A DNA stretch of 64,000 nucleotides from Roseibacillus sp. (GTDB taxonomy: Bacteria; Verrucomicrobiota; Verrucomicrobiia; Verrucomicrobiales; Akkermansiaceae). Below are positions 30,271-41,798 of this stretch, piece after piece (the stretch's first letter is position 1; each line of letters begins with the position of its first letter). Position numbers and translations under genes: made by a program. The stretch lies in assembly GCA_965242925.1 (NCBI GenBank), contig CBDEUM010000030.1, positions 1-64,000 on the forward strand. Direction: 5' to 3'. The notes beneath the pieces were generated by a model, which did no database searches, was not told the DNA's origin, and worked only from the letters and a program-made list of their open reading frames with translations.

Positions 30271-32394
30271 ATGCATCCCAGCTTCCTTGCCTTCCTCTCC
30301 TTCCTGCCCATCCTGACGGTGGCTGTCCTGCTGGTCGGGCTCCGTTGGCCGGCCAGCCGGGCCATGCCGATTTGTTACGGATTGGCAGCCGGACTCGCTC
30401 TCCTCATCTGGCAGATTCCGGTGACCAGAGTGGCCGCGTCCTCCATCAACGGCCTGGTGGTCGCCCTCAGCCTCCTCTACATTGTTTTCGGAGCCATCCT
30501 GCTCCTCAACACCCTGCGGGAAAGCGGTGGCCTCCGGGTCATTCGGCAGGGCTTCACCGACATTTCTCCCGACCGCCGCGTGCAGGTCATTGTCATCGCC
30601 TGGTTATTCGGATCCTTCATTGAAGGTTCCGCGGGCTTCGGCGCACCTGCCACCGTCGCGGTTCCCCTTCTCGTAGGACTGGGATTTCCCGCCATGGCAG
30701 CCGTGCTGGCCGGCATGATCATCCAGAGCACCCCGGTTTCCTTCGGTGCGGTAGGCACGCCCATCAAGGTAGGGGTGAGCAATGGCCTCTCGGTGGATTC
30801 CTCGCCGGCGGAAGGGGCAAGTCACAAGCTTTCCACCGACCTCGGAGTGGAGGGCTACGGGACGGCTGCCGGATTTGAAAATGGAGAAGTATTTCTCATG
30901 GATATCGGTCTGAAAGTCGCCACCCTGCACGCCCTCACCGGCCTGCTCGTTCCCCTCCTCCTCTGCGGACTCCTCACCCGCTTTTACGGAGTTAACAGAA
31001 GTTTCCTCGAAGGCCTGCGGATCTGGAAGTTCGCCCTTTTCGCCGCTCTGGCCATGATCGTGCCCTACTGGCTCGTGGCCTGGCTTCTCGGCCCGGAATT
31101 TCCATCTCTCGTCGGAGGCCTGATCGGTCTCTTCATCGTGATAACCACGGCCCGATCCGGCTTCCTTGTTCCAACCCCGGAGAAGGCCTGGGATTTCGGA
31201 ACCCGCGACCAGTGGAGTCCGGACTGGATGGGCTCCTTGCAGATCCCGGTCGAAGACCAAGATGACAACAGGCGACAGATCGGCATCTTCCACGCCTGGG
31301 CCCCTTATATCATGGTAGGGCTCCTCCTCGTTCTCACGCGCACCATCCCGGACCTCGCGGCATGGCTCAAGGGATGGTCTGTCGCAGTCCACTCACCCCT
31401 TGAAGACAGCCTCAAGCCCAAGTTCTTCCAGTTCCTGTATCTTCCCGGCGCGGTCTTCATCGTGGTTTCCATTGTCACCTTCTTCCTGCACCGCATGAAG
31501 TGGCAGGACTACCAGAAGGCCTGGCGCTCCTCCTTCAGGACCACGGTGGCGGCGTCCGTCGCTCTTGTCTTCACCGTTCCCATGGTAGAGGTCTTCATCA
31601 ACTCCGACGGCGGAGGCGCCGGCTACGCAAAGATGCCGGAAGCCCTCGCCTCCGGGGTGGCCGCCCTGGCGGGAGGAGCATGGCCCCTCCTTTCTCCCTT
31701 CATTGGCGGCCTCGGGGCCTTCGTGGCCGGTTCCAACACGGTGAGTAACATGATGCTCTCCCTCTTCCAGTTCAACACGGCCCAGGAAATCGGGGTCAAT
31801 CCGGCCTGGATCGTCGCCTTGCAGGCGGTGGGGGGGGCCGCAGGCAACATGATCTGCGTTCACAACGTGGTGGCCGCCTCCGCGGTGGCCGGCCTCGTGG
31901 GCAAGGAAGGAATGGTCATCCGCAAGACTGTCTGGGGATTCCTTTATTACGCTCTCTTCGCGGGAAGCCTCGGCTATGCCATCGTTTCCTGGAACGAGCA
32001 CGGCCTTTTCAATATCGGCACTCTCATTGTTGCGATGATCTGGGCCACCGCCATCGCTCTCATTATCCTCAGCGGTCGCCGCCGCCACCGCGTGCGAACC
32101 GCTCCCGCGCCTTCCGATCCGGGGAAATCCATCCTGCCTGTGGAAGAGAGCGAGGTGCAGGTTGCCTCAACGCGAAAGAGTGGTGAGACCCGGCCCTCAG
32201 ATCTGCCGGGGCAAGCGGAGGAACCGGGGAATCAGGCCCCCATCGAGAAGGAATCTGATTCGGAGCCAGAATCCCGAACGGAAGAAGACGGGGTTCTCGA
32301 TGAAGAAATGGATTCGGATAGATGGCTGGCCAGGCGGGAAGCTCTCCGGAAAGAGGAGGAACCGCCTCAGAATTCCTCAGATTCACCTGACTGA
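30271..32394 (+). CDS. lctP: L-lactate/glycolate permease with long acidic C-terminal tail
   Basis: [37 protein letters not shown] and [15 protein letters not shown] motifs. Confidence 0.92.
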   Translation: MHPSFLAFLSFLPILTVAVLLVGLRWPASRAMPICYGLAAGLALLIWQIPVTRVAASSINGLVVALSLLYIVFGAILLLNTLRESGGLRVIRQGFTDISPDRRVQVIVIAWLFGSFIEGSAGFGAPATVAVPLLVGLGFPAMAAVLAGMIIQSTPVSFGAVGTPIKVGVSNGLSVDSSPAEGASHKLSTDLGVEGYGTAAGFENGEVFLMDIGLKVATLHALTGLLVPLLLCGLLTRFYGVNRSFLEGLRIWKFALFAALAMIVPYWLVAWLLGPEFPSLVGGLIGLFIVITTARSGFLVPTPEKAWDFGTRDQWSPDWMGSLQIPVEDQDDNRRQIGIFHAWAPYIMVGLLLVLTRTIPDLAAWLKGWSVAVHSPLEDSLKPKFFQFLYLPGAVFIVVSIVTFFLHRMKWQDYQKAWRSSFRTTVAASVALVFTVPMVEVFINSDGGGAGYAKMPEALASGVAALAGGAWPLLSPFIGGLGAFVAGSNTVSNMMLSLFQFNTAQEIGVNPAWIVALQAVGGAAGNMICVHNVVAASAVAGLVGKEGMVIRKTVWGFLYYALFAGSLGYAIVSWNEHGLFNIGTLIVAMIWATAIALIILSGRRRHRVRTAPAPSDPGKSILPVEESEVQVASTRKSGETRPSDLPGQAEEPGNQAPIEKESDSEPESRTEEDGVLDEEMDSDRWLARREALRKEEEPPQNSSDSPD

Positions 32395-32402
32395 CATATC
32401 CA

Positions 32403-32870
32403 ATGCTCCGGCAAGACTACATCCTCCGCGAGATCGAACGCATGGTGGAATTCTGCCTGCGTGCAGCCGGGTTGAAGAAGCCGAACGCCGTTGCCGATTT
32501 TGAGGAGTTTCTTGAGGAAAACTGCGAACTTCTCACCGGGCTTCCTCTGCAGACTCTCCTCGACACCGGGGCCCAGAAACTGGTGGCGCTGCTCTATCAT
32601 CCGGGTACCGCCAAGCTTCCACAGCTCGTTTCCTGCGGCGCCTGGATGTGCGAAGCGGCTGACGCAAGCCTGCTTTCCGGCCGATCCAGTGAGGCACGCC
32701 ACCTCTTCCTGCAGGGGGCCCAGATCCTTGGGTTCATGGCCTCCCAGCATGGACATGAGAACGAGTTCTTCCCCCTCCACAATCACCTCAGGCGCCTGCG
32801 GGAAAGACTGCCTGACTATCAGTTCGGACCCGAAGAGGAATCGAAGATTCTGGCCTTTCTTTCCCTGTAG
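32403..32870 (+). CDS. Hypothetical helical protein (DUF6483-like N-terminus)
   Basis: MLRQDYILREIER start; 8 nt after the lctP stop. Confidence 0.65.
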   Translation: MLRQDYILREIERMVEFCLRAAGLKKPNAVADFEEFLEENCELLTGLPLQTLLDTGAQKLVALLYHPGTAKLPQLVSCGAWMCEAADASLLSGRSSEARHLFLQGAQILGFMASQHGHENEFFPLHNHLRRLRERLPDYQFGPEEESKILAFLSL

Positions 32871-32955
32871 AACAGAGCTGGCCTCATCCCAGGGCACTCC
32901 GGATTCGAAACTCTGGGCTCTTGCGTCCCGGCCAGAGCCTCCCTAGCTTCCTGTC

Positions 32956-33788
32956 ATGGACATTTCCGTCGGCGATCTCATCCGCTATATCGTCACCGGG
33001 GCCATCGTGCTGGTTCTCGCCACCTTCGGAATGAAGGTTTGGAACAAGCAGAAACTGGAAAAACAAATCATCCAGGAACTGCGTGATCTGGCCCACCCCG
33101 CGACCTCCTTTGAGTCACTCTATCCTGACGACGGCCGGAGAGCGCTCTTCAAGTCGATGGGACTCCTCCACAAGACCAGGGCCGAACTCGACAAGGAACC
33201 GGTCGAGATCCTCAAGGAGGTTTTCCACGGTGACGACGATGGAGCTCTCTTTGGAGAAGCGCAGACAGGGCGCAACGCATATATCGACCCGCAGGAGGTG
33301 ATTATCAGCAAGGGCCTCCTCCGTAACTATCAATACTGCCGTGCCCTGGGACTGTTTTCCGACGGAGAAAACAGAAAAGCGCTCGCAGAGGGAGAGGCTC
33401 CTTCCATCGCCACCGGCCCTTCTTCCGGAGCGAAGGCCACCATTCGCTATATCATTGATCCGGAGGTGTCGCCGGGAGTGGAGAACCTGATTCCCAATAT
33501 GATCATTCTCCCCCCGACTTCGAGGTGCGCGAGAAACCCACTGACTTTGAGATCATGCAGGCCAAAGAGCTGATCAGAGACCTCTACAGTTCCCGTCTGA
33601 TCGAAAGAGAAGCCGAGGACCGACTTCGTCAGCACTACGACCAATTCAACAATCCTCCCGAACCCGGATCCACACCCGAACCGGAAGCCCCCCCCGAACC
33701 CAGACCAGAACCGGAAGACAAACCTGTCAGCAAGCCTGAGGAAGAAGACGTCTGTCCCTTCGACCAGCCCCTCCCTGACAATGGATGA
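32956..33788 (+). CDS. Hypothetical membrane-anchored protein; frameshifted at the C run 33510-33515
   Basis: ORF 32956..33573 (N-terminal TM) continues in the frame of 33525..33788 if one C is added (MIILPPDFEVREKPTDF), giving 277 aa with a PE-rich tail. Confidence 0.7.
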
Positions 33789-33944
33789 GGCCAATGGCCT
33801 TAATCCTCTTCCCCTCCAAGCAGACCCTCGCCCTACCAACTCTGGTAGCCGATCTCCTTCCTCTATCCCCGAAGGGATTGAAGGCTGGCGGATCGGGCCC
33901 TTGTGACCTCCCCTTCCCTCGACTATTGTCCCCAACTCCAACCG

Positions 33945-36900
33945 ATGAAACTCCCCTCCCCGTCCCGGGCAGTCACCCTGCTCGCCCTTCTCCTCTTTCT
34001 GACCACCAACACCGGTCTGCTCCCCGCCGCGGACAGCGTTATCGTTTTCAATGAAGTCCACTACCATCCCGCGGACGAGGACAACGACACCGAATGGATT
34101 GAACTGCACAGCCTGATGGGGGTCAATGTTGACGTTTCGGACTGGGAACTAGAAGGCGGGATCAACTATCGCTTTGCCAGCGGCACCGTCATTCCGGGCC
34201 ACGGCTATCTTCTCGTGGCCGCCGACCCCTCTCACCCGTCGCTCGCAGGACGCGGCGCGCGGGGACCCTTCACTGGTCGGCTCGCCAACAACGGGGAAAG
34301 CATCCGACTGGTCAACAACAACGATCGGACGATGGACGAACTGAACTACGGGGACGACGGTGACTGGCCGGTGGGAGCCGACGGACTGGGATCAACCCTC
34401 TCCAAACGCAACGAACATACATCCGAGTCCCGTCCCTTCAACTGGCTTGCCAGCCCGGAGACTGGCGGCACGCCCGGTCTCCCCAACTTCCCCGGTGATT
34501 CTCAAGGTGAGATCACCCAGGACATTGTCTTCAGCGAGATTGCGGCCGGAGACAATCCCGATTTCCAGGTCGAGCTCACCAATGTGGGCTCCGATGCCAT
34601 CGCTCTCAGCGGTTACCAGCTGCGCTCTTCAAGCGGCGCCACCCAGGAGATCCCAGGGGGCCTGCTTCAACCTGGTGGTCACCTGGCCATCACACCCTCC
34701 TTCCCCGTGACCGACGGTCACCGCCTTTCTCTTCTCCGGCCGGGCACTGAGATCCTGGCCGACGCCCGCGAGATCACCAACCGCCTGCGGGGACTCTCCA
34801 ATGGGCACTGGCTCTACCCTGACACTCCTACCTTCGGCCACCCGAACAGCTACTCCTTCAATACCGACATCGTGATCAACGAGATCATGTACAACCCAAG
34901 GCCGCTGCCCGCCACGCAACCCTCCAGCCCTGATGTCCTCGTCGATTGGGACCACTTGTGGCGCTATAACGAATCCGGCGACAATCTCGGTAATAACTGG
35001 GAGAATTCGCCCCATCCGGAGAATGGGGGGACCTGGCTCTCCGGCCAGGGTCCGCTCGGGGTGGAGTCCTCCTCGTTGACCAACGCCATCACGACTCCCC
35101 TCTCCCCGCTCGATTCAAGAAATCCACGGACCATCACCTTCTATTTTGAAACAGATTTTGAATTGAGCGAACAACAGAAGCGCGACACCACCCAGCTTGA
35201 ACTTTCCCACCAGATCGACGACGGGGCCATCTTCTATCTCAATGGGATCGAGATCGATCGCTACCAGGTCGATGACGAGCCGATCACCTCGTCCTCCACT
35301 TCCAGTGACACGGTGGGGAATGCAACGGTGATCACCACCATTCTACCCCCCTCCACCCTGACCGCCCTGCACCAGGGCACCAACCGTCTTTCGGTCGAGG
35401 TTCACCAGACCAGCGCGAACAGCTCGGACATCGTGATGGGGCTGCAGTTGGTTGCCTCTCAGGAAGGCCTGCCCCTGCGCCGCTCCAGCGATCAATGGAT
35501 AGAACTCTACAACAAGGGCACGGAGGACCTGAGCCTGGGCGGCTGGCAGTTCAGCGACGGCATCTCCTTCGACTTTCCCCCTGACACCGTCCTCCCGGCC
35601 GGTCAGTTCCTCGTGGTGGCCCGTGATGCCGCCTCCCTGGCCGCCAAGTATCCGGACCTCACCATTGCCGGAGAGTGGAATGGCGCTCTTTCGCGCAAGG
35701 GAGAACGGGTGCGCCTCATTGACGCCCACAAAAATGTCGCCGACGAGGTCCGCTTCTCCGATGGTGGACGCTGGTCCGGGCGGGCCGACGCCGCAGGCTC
35801 CAGTCTCGAACTGCGCGATCCACATGCTGACAACAGCTCTCCGGAAGCCTGGGCTCCCAGCATCGAGAATGCTCCCTGGCAGGAATTTACCTACCTGGGA
35901 CGGGGCTCCTTCACTCCCAGCAACGACCCGACCCAGTATAACGAAATGATCTTCGGACTCCTCGATGCGGGAGAGTTTCTCATCGACGATATCAGCGTAA
36001 TTGAGTCTCCAAGCGGAACGCCTCGCGAACTCATTCAAAACGGCACATTTCCACGTGATTTCTCCACCTGGCGCATGCGTGGCAACCACCGGCACGCCCG
36101 CATAATAATCGATCCCGATGACCCCGCAAACAGGGTTCTGCACGTGCGGTCCACGGGGGCCATGGAGCATATGCACAACCACGCCGAAACCACCCTCAAA
36201 TCCGGTGGCAGCTATGTCAGCCTGAGCACCTCCCAAGTCTACCAGATCAGTTTCCGCGCCCGGTGGATCAGCGGCTGCAACCAACTCAACACCCGGCTCT
36301 ACTTCAACCGCATGCCTCGTACCCACATCCTGGAGGCGCCCCAGGACTGTGGCACACCCGGAGCTCCCAATTCCCAGGCAGTTACCAATGCCGGCCCCAC
36401 CTACACCAGCCTCCGGCATTCCCCTGCCGTGCCCGCAGCCAACCAATCTGCTACGGTCCATGCTGAGATTTCAGACCCAGACGGCATCGCCTCCGTGACC
36501 CTGTTCTACTCCGTCAACGGGGCATCCTTCAGGAGCACGGGCATGACAGACCAGGGCAACGGACACTACAGCGGAACCGTTCCGCGCCAATCGGGCGGCC
36601 GCAAGGCGCAATTCTATCTCGTGGCTGAAGACTCTCTCGGAGCCACTCAGTTCATTCCGGCCGGCGGACCCGCCTCACGCGCCATCATTCCCTGGGATGA
36701 CGGACAGGCCAATCTCGACCTCGGTGCCTGCCAGCCCAACAACTTCCGCATCGTCATGACTGCCGATGACACCAGCTTCATGCACAATGTCACTGAAGTG
36801 ATGAGCAATGACCGCCTCGGATGCACAATCATCTACAATGAAAGGGATATCTACTACGACTGCGGCGTGCGCCTCAAAGGCAGCCAGCGTGGCCGCGCCA

Positions 36901-39032
36901 AGGACGTCAGGGTGGGGTTCTCGGTAAGCTTTCCGGACAACCAGCCTTTTCTTGGAGCTCACGAAACAGTGGCGGTGGATCGCTCCGGGGCGGGTGATCA
37001 GTTCAGCCAGAAGGAGATCATGGTGAAGCACATCATCAACCGGGCAGGCGGCATCCCGGGCATGGAAGACGATCTGATCCGGGTCATCGCCCCTCGCTCA
37101 AACCACACCGGTTCCGCCATGCTGATCAAGTCACGTTTTGACGATGAATGGCTGGAAAATCAGTTCCCTGACGGCGAGGACGGCACTCTCTTCGAGTATG
37201 AGCTCATCTACTACCCCACCAGCACCACCGGCGGAGTGGAGGGTCTCAAACGACCCAATCCCGACAGCGTGCGGGGTGTTTCCATGCGCCCGACCGGAGG
37301 GCGGCGCGACAAGGAAAACTACCGCTACCACTGGCAAATCGACAACAACAAGGACGCCGATGATTACGACGCCATCATCAATGCCCTCAACACCCTGGGC
37401 CTGAGCGGATCGTCCTTCCGGGACGCCTCCTACCGTGACCTTGACGTAGACCAGTGGCTCCGTTCCTTCGCCGCCCAAATCCTCTGTGGAATCGGAGACA
37501 ACTACAGCAGCGGATCGCAGCACAACGCTCTCTTCTATATCCGCCCCACCGACGGTCGGGTGCTCTACTTCCCCTGGGACATGGACTTCACGTTCAGTCG
37601 CGGGGCGAACAGCAGTCTGACCCCCAACGGAGACCTCTCCAAGCTCCTCTCCGCGAGTCCTGCCAACGAACGCGCCTACTACGGCCATCTCAAGGACATC
37701 ATTGATACCGCCTTCAACACCCGCTACATGACCGAGTGGGCCAATCATTACTCGTGTTTCCTTCCTTCCGAGAACCTCGCGAACCATCTCGGCTACATCA
37801 ACTCCCGCCGAAATTACGCCCTTAGCGCAATCAGCAGTGCAATCTCCCAGATCCCCTTCCGTATCACCACCTCGGGAGGGTCCACCACCACCGAATCTTT
37901 CATCGCACTCCGAGGTGATGCCTGGGTCGACGTTCGGGAAATTCGGCTCGCCGGCGCTACCGAATCCCTGTCTATCAGCTGGCTCGATGATAACAGCTGG
38001 GAGGTCAATGTGCCAGTCAACCCCGGCCCTAATACGATCGCCCTCCAGGCCATCGGCTTCCGCGGAGACATCCTGAGCGAACGGACCATCAACGTGACTG
38101 GAACCGGCACCCTCGTGCCCGCAACCGCCGCTACCCTCGCGATCTCTGAAGTGATGTATCATCCCGCTGCTCCCACCAGCACCGAAATCCAGGCGGGATT
38201 CCCCGATCAGGATGACTTCGAGTTCATCGAGATTTTTAATCTCAGTGAAACCCTGACGATCGACCTTACCGGACTTCGCTTCGTCAATGGAATCGACTAC
38301 CAGTTTCCGGAGTCCACTCTCGCGCCGGGCGCACACGGTCTCCTTGTCGGACGGGAGGCCGCCTTCACTCAACGTTACGGGGCCGGACACCCGGTCATCG
38401 GAAGCTACCAGAGCAGCGGGACCAGCAAACTGGCAAACCAAGGCGAACGCCTTGTCCTGCTCGATGCCTCCGGCATGCCCATCACCGACTTCACATGGAG
38501 TCACCAGGCTCCCTGGCCCACCAGCGCTGACGGACTGGGCTACTCGCTTGTCCTCATGTGTCCCGGTTCCAACGACCCCACCCTCCCAACCAGTTGGCGG
38601 ACCAGCGCATTGTCGGCGGGCAATCCCAGTGACAGCGACGCCATCGATCTGGCGGACTGGAAAAGCGCCGCAAGTGTGACCGACCTCTTCTCTGATGACG
38701 ACAACGACGGCCTGGTCGCCCTGCTCGAATTTGCGGGTGGACAGGATCCCAGCATCCCGGAAAGCGGAGGACTGATCGATCTCTTCCTGGAAAACAGTGA
38801 CGATCCGCACCCGATCATCGCCTTCCGCCAGCACATCGGTGCCGACGCGATCAGCTTTTCGGCGGAGGAATCAACCAACCTCATCGACTGGACTGCAGGT
38901 CCGTCCTACCTTGGGCGGATCAACAATGGCGACGGCACGAGTTCCATCCTGTTCCGTGGCTCACAACCCTCCTCGGCGCTCCAAACGGGCTACCTTCGCA
39001 TTATCGCCAGGGAGAAACCGGTCTCGCCCTGA
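33945..39032 (+). CDS. Secreted multi-lamin-tail-domain / CotH kinase protein
   Basis: Signal peptide from ATG 33945; repeated LTD motifs (FNEVHYHP..EWIEL, INEIMYNP, ISEVMYHP..EFIEI); CotH motifs GVRLKG, DNY...HN, PWDMD; Verrucomicrobia-type C-terminal domain. Confidence 0.9.
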   Translation: MKLPSPSRAVTLLALLLFLTTNTGLLPAADSVIVFNEVHYHPADEDNDTEWIELHSLMGVNVDVSDWELEGGINYRFASGTVIPGHGYLLVAADPSHPSLAGRGARGPFTGRLANNGESIRLVNNNDRTMDELNYGDDGDWPVGADGLGSTLSKRNEHTSESRPFNWLASPETGGTPGLPNFPGDSQGEITQDIVFSEIAAGDNPDFQVELTNVGSDAIALSGYQLRSSSGATQEIPGGLLQPGGHLAITPSFPVTDGHRLSLLRPGTEILADAREITNRLRGLSNGHWLYPDTPTFGHPNSYSFNTDIVINEIMYNPRPLPATQPSSPDVLVDWDHLWRYNESGDNLGNNWENSPHPENGGTWLSGQGPLGVESSSLTNAITTPLSPLDSRNPRTITFYFETDFELSEQQKRDTTQLELSHQIDDGAIFYLNGIEIDRYQVDDEPITSSSTSSDTVGNATVITTILPPSTLTALHQGTNRLSVEVHQTSANSSDIVMGLQLVASQEGLPLRRSSDQWIELYNKGTEDLSLGGWQFSDGISFDFPPDTVLPAGQFLVVARDAASLAAKYPDLTIAGEWNGALSRKGERVRLIDAHKNVADEVRFSDGGRWSGRADAAGSSLELRDPHADNSSPEAWAPSIENAPWQEFTYLGRGSFTPSNDPTQYNEMIFGLLDAGEFLIDDISVIESPSGTPRELIQNGTFPRDFSTWRMRGNHRHARIIIDPDDPANRVLHVRSTGAMEHMHNHAETTLKSGGSYVSLSTSQVYQISFRARWISGCNQLNTRLYFNRMPRTHILEAPQDCGTPGAPNSQAVTNAGPTYTSLRHSPAVPAANQSATVHAEISDPDGIASVTLFYSVNGASFRSTGMTDQGNGHYSGTVPRQSGGRKAQFYLVAEDSLGATQFIPAGGPASRAIIPWDDGQANLDLGACQPNNFRIVMTADDTSFMHNVTEVMSNDRLGCTIIYNERDIYYDCGVRLKGSQRGRAKDVRVGFSVSFPDNQPFLGAHETVAVDRSGAGDQFSQKEIMVKHIINRAGGIPGMEDDLIRVIAPRSNHTGSAMLIKSRFDDEWLENQFPDGEDGTLFEYELIYYPTSTTGGVEGLKRPNPDSVRGVSMRPTGGRRDKENYRYHWQIDNNKDADDYDAIINALNTLGLSGSSFRDASYRDLDVDQWLRSFAAQILCGIGDNYSSGSQHNALFYIRPTDGRVLYFPWDMDFTFSRGANSSLTPNGDLSKLLSASPANERAYYGHLKDIIDTAFNTRYMTEWANHYSCFLPSENLANHLGYINSRRNYALSAISSAISQIPFRITTSGGSTTTESFIALRGDAWVDVREIRLAGATESLSISWLDDNSWEVNVPVNPGPNTIALQAIGFRGDILSERTINVTGTGTLVPATAATLAISEVMYHPAAPTSTEIQAGFPDQDDFEFIEIFNLSETLTIDLTGLRFVNGIDYQFPESTLAPGAHGLLVGREAAFTQRYGAGHPVIGSYQSSGTSKLANQGERLVLLDASGMPITDFTWSHQAPWPTSADGLGYSLVLMCPGSNDPTLPTSWRTSALSAGNPSDSDAIDLADWKSAASVTDLFSDDDNDGLVALLEFAGGQDPSIPESGGLIDLFLENSDDPHPIIAFRQHIGADAISFSAEESTNLIDWTAGPSYLGRINNGDGTSSILFRGSQPSSALQTGYLRIIAREKPVSP

Positions 39033-39114
39033 TCCCGTCCTCCGGAGTTCGGCTCAGGCCTCGCTTTCCTCCGGGAAAATGAACGGCCCGGGCTGGGACT
39101 GAAGGAAACGGGCA

Positions 39115-40086
39115 TCACTCCATCTCCTCGGCGGCTACCGCCGCCAGAGCCGGGATGACTCCGCGCTCTTCCGAATCAGCCTGAATGAGACGCGTGATCT
39201 CCAACGCCACTTCCAGGGCCGCGGCCCCCTGCTGCCCCGTCACCTCAGGCTCCTTCTGTCCGCGCACCGTATCGACGAAGGCCTTGAGTTCCGCTACCAG
39301 TGGCTCGGAGGGATCGACCTCCACCTCGGCCTGTTGAATTCCTCCCGATTCGATCCAGGAGATCTTTCCATTTTGTTCCTGATAATCGAGCGAGAGATAG
39401 CAGTTCTCCTGAAAGACCCGGATCTTGCGCATCCGTTCCGGACTGATTCGGCTGGCCGTGATGTTGGCCACGCATCCGTTTTCGAACCGCACCCGCGCAT
39501 TGGCTATATCCTCGTGCCGGGTGAGAACCGGAACCCCTACCGCATCGATGTTGGTCACCGGTGAACGCACAAGGTGAAGGATCACCTCCAGATCATGAAT
39601 CATGAGATCGAGCACCACTCCGATATCGAGACTGCGGTTGGGGAATGGCGAGAGACGATGCGCTTCGATGAAGCGAGGGCGGTCCAGGCGTTCCTCAAGT
39701 TGCCGCAGGATGGGATTGAAGCGTTCGATATGGCCTACCTGGAGCAAACGTCCAGTGGCCCCCGCAATCCGGAGAAGTTCCTCGGCCTCGGCTTCATTTC
39801 CCGCAATCGGCTTTTCCACCAGGACATGGGCTCCGAGGCGCATCAAGGCACCACCCACCTCGAGATGATGCTCGGTGGGCACCGCTACGCTGACCGCCTC
39901 ACAGCGCTCCGCCAGGGCCTCCAGGGAATCCACCACCTCGCCCCCGAATTCAGCGGCCACGATCTGGGCCCGTGCCGGATCCACATCGAAAACAGCCTCC
40001 ATCCGCACCCCTTCCAGGAGACCGTAAACCCTGGCATGATTGCGGCCCATAGACCCTGCCCCTGCAACGCCCGCACGTATTTCCAT
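39115..40086 (-). CDS. Gfo/Idh/MocA oxidoreductase (GnnA-like)
   Basis: GAGSMG, LVEKPI, VGHIERFNP, DLMIHDL, TASRIS motifs. Start ATG 40086. Confidence 0.9.
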   Translation of the reverse strand: MEIRAGVAGAGSMGRNHARVYGLLEGVRMEAVFDVDPARAQIVAAEFGGEVVDSLEALAERCEAVSVAVPTEHHLEVGGALMRLGAHVLVEKPIAGNEAEAEELLRIAGATGRLLQVGHIERFNPILRQLEERLDRPRFIEAHRLSPFPNRSLDIGVVLDLMIHDLEVILHLVRSPVTNIDAVGVPVLTRHEDIANARVRFENGCVANITASRISPERMRKIRVFQENCYLSLDYQEQNGKISWIESGGIQQAEVEVDPSEPLVAELKAFVDTVRGQKEPEVTGQQGAAALEVALEITRLIQADSEERGVIPALAAVAAEEME

Positions 40087-40194
40087 GCCACTTGTTCGCA
40101 GAATCAGGGCTTTGCCGCAAGCCCCGCCCTGTCTCGGATCTTGCCAGAATAAAGATCCTAAGGTTTCCTCAGGGCAATTCGTTAACAGATCAGA

Positions 40195-41658
40195 ATGAGT
40201 CTTCACGCCCAAATCAACCCCGAAGCGGAAGCGCGCCTTGAAGCCCAGCGGAGGAACTCCGTCATCACTTCGGTGGTGATCGCCCTCCTTGTCATGGCCC
40301 TCGTGATCCTCGTCCTTCTCTTCATCCTCCTGCCCAATCTCCTTATCAAGTCCCCCACCATCGTGACTTATCAGGCTGGAGCACCGGAGGAGGACACCAT
40401 GGACCAGAAGGAAGTGAATCCCCAGGTGCAGCGCAAACCTTCCGCGCCATCCTCCTCCACGGCCCGGGTGATTGCCTCCACCACCCCCTCCCCAACAGCG
40501 GTGCCCGTCCCGGAAACGGAAGCCGAACCAAATCTCGATTTCGGAAGCGGCGACGACTTCGGACAGGGCTGGGGGAACGGTGGTGACGGCGGTGGCGGTG
40601 GTTTTGGAAACATCCCCGTAACCATGCGCAAGCGCTGCTCCCCGCAGGACCGCCTCCAGCGTCTCAAGGAGAATGGCGGCAACGAAAAGTGCGAGGAATC
40701 AGTCGTCAAGGCCCTGCGCTACCTCAAGGAGACCCAGGGCGGGGACGGTTCCTGGGGCGGAGGCACCAAGGTTGCCTACACCGGCCTTGCGCTGCTTGCC
40801 TACCTTGGACACTGCGAAACACCCCTTTCCGAAGAATTCGGTGAAACCGTGACCGCCGCGATCATCTTTCTGGTCGACAACAACCAGAAGAACAAGGGGC
40901 GCATGGCCTCCAACCTCCAGGACAAGCACTGGTGTTACTCCCACGCCATCGCAGCCTACGCCATCGCGGAAGCCTACACTTTCTGCAGCCAGCTGGGCAT
41001 CAAGCTCCCTAACCTGAAGGAGAGCGCACAGCTGGGCATCCAGTGGATCATCGACAACCAGAACAAATCCGGGGGCTGGGACTACTCCTATGAAGAAGCG
41101 GGCGGGCGCGGCGGCGACATGTCCATCACTGCCTGGCAACTCCAGGCCCTCAAGGCAGGCAAGCACACCGGGCTCGAGTTCCGCAACATGAATGGCTGCG
41201 TCCGCGATGCCCTCAGTTACTGCGAACGATGCCAGGCGGCAGATGGAGGATTCGGCTATTCCGGTCCCACCCCCCTCGGTGACGGGCATTCCACCCTCGT
41301 GGGTGCCGGCACACTGTGCTTCCAGCAGCACAAGGGCGCGTCCAATTCCAACGCTCGCAAGGGCATCAAGTACATCGATAAGAAATCCCAGTTCGACTAC
41401 AAGGTCGGTCCCTGCAACCTGTACGAACACTACTACTCCAGCCAGGCAGCCATAAACAATGGCGGAAAGAGCTGGGTGAAGTACAACGAGATGTTCCGGG
41501 ACCAACTCCTCGATTCTCAGAACAACGACGGCTCCTGGCCCGCACCGCCCAAGCCCGGTCCCGCGGCCCGCAACGATCCCGTTTACGTCACCGCTCTTGC
41601 CACTCTCATGCTGGAGGTCTACTACCGCTTTCTGCCTGGCACAGCAGCCGGCAAGTAA
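40195..41658 (+). CDS. Membrane-anchored prenyltransferase/squalene oxidase repeat protein
   Basis: TM, Pro/Gly linker, then QW-like repeats (QGGDGSW, QNKSGGWDY, QAADGGFGY, QNNDGSW) and LMLEVYYR end. Confidence 0.85.
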   Translation: MSLHAQINPEAEARLEAQRRNSVITSVVIALLVMALVILVLLFILLPNLLIKSPTIVTYQAGAPEEDTMDQKEVNPQVQRKPSAPSSSTARVIASTTPSPTAVPVPETEAEPNLDFGSGDDFGQGWGNGGDGGGGGFGNIPVTMRKRCSPQDRLQRLKENGGNEKCEESVVKALRYLKETQGGDGSWGGGTKVAYTGLALLAYLGHCETPLSEEFGETVTAAIIFLVDNNQKNKGRMASNLQDKHWCYSHAIAAYAIAEAYTFCSQLGIKLPNLKESAQLGIQWIIDNQNKSGGWDYSYEEAGGRGGDMSITAWQLQALKAGKHTGLEFRNMNGCVRDALSYCERCQAADGGFGYSGPTPLGDGHSTLVGAGTLCFQQHKGASNSNARKGIKYIDKKSQFDYKVGPCNLYEHYYSSQAAINNGGKSWVKYNEMFRDQLLDSQNNDGSWPAPPKPGPAARNDPVYVTALATLMLEVYYRFLPGTAAGK

Positions 41659-41798
41659 GGTCGATCGCAGGACGCTCAAAAACTGCACAACCCTTCACCC
41701 TCCTTCCGAGCTCCGGAATGCCGTTGGATCCTCTGGCGAGGCGGGTGCACCTTCACGGTTCTGCTTGAGTCCTGCGGAGAAAGGTGCTTTGTATCTCT

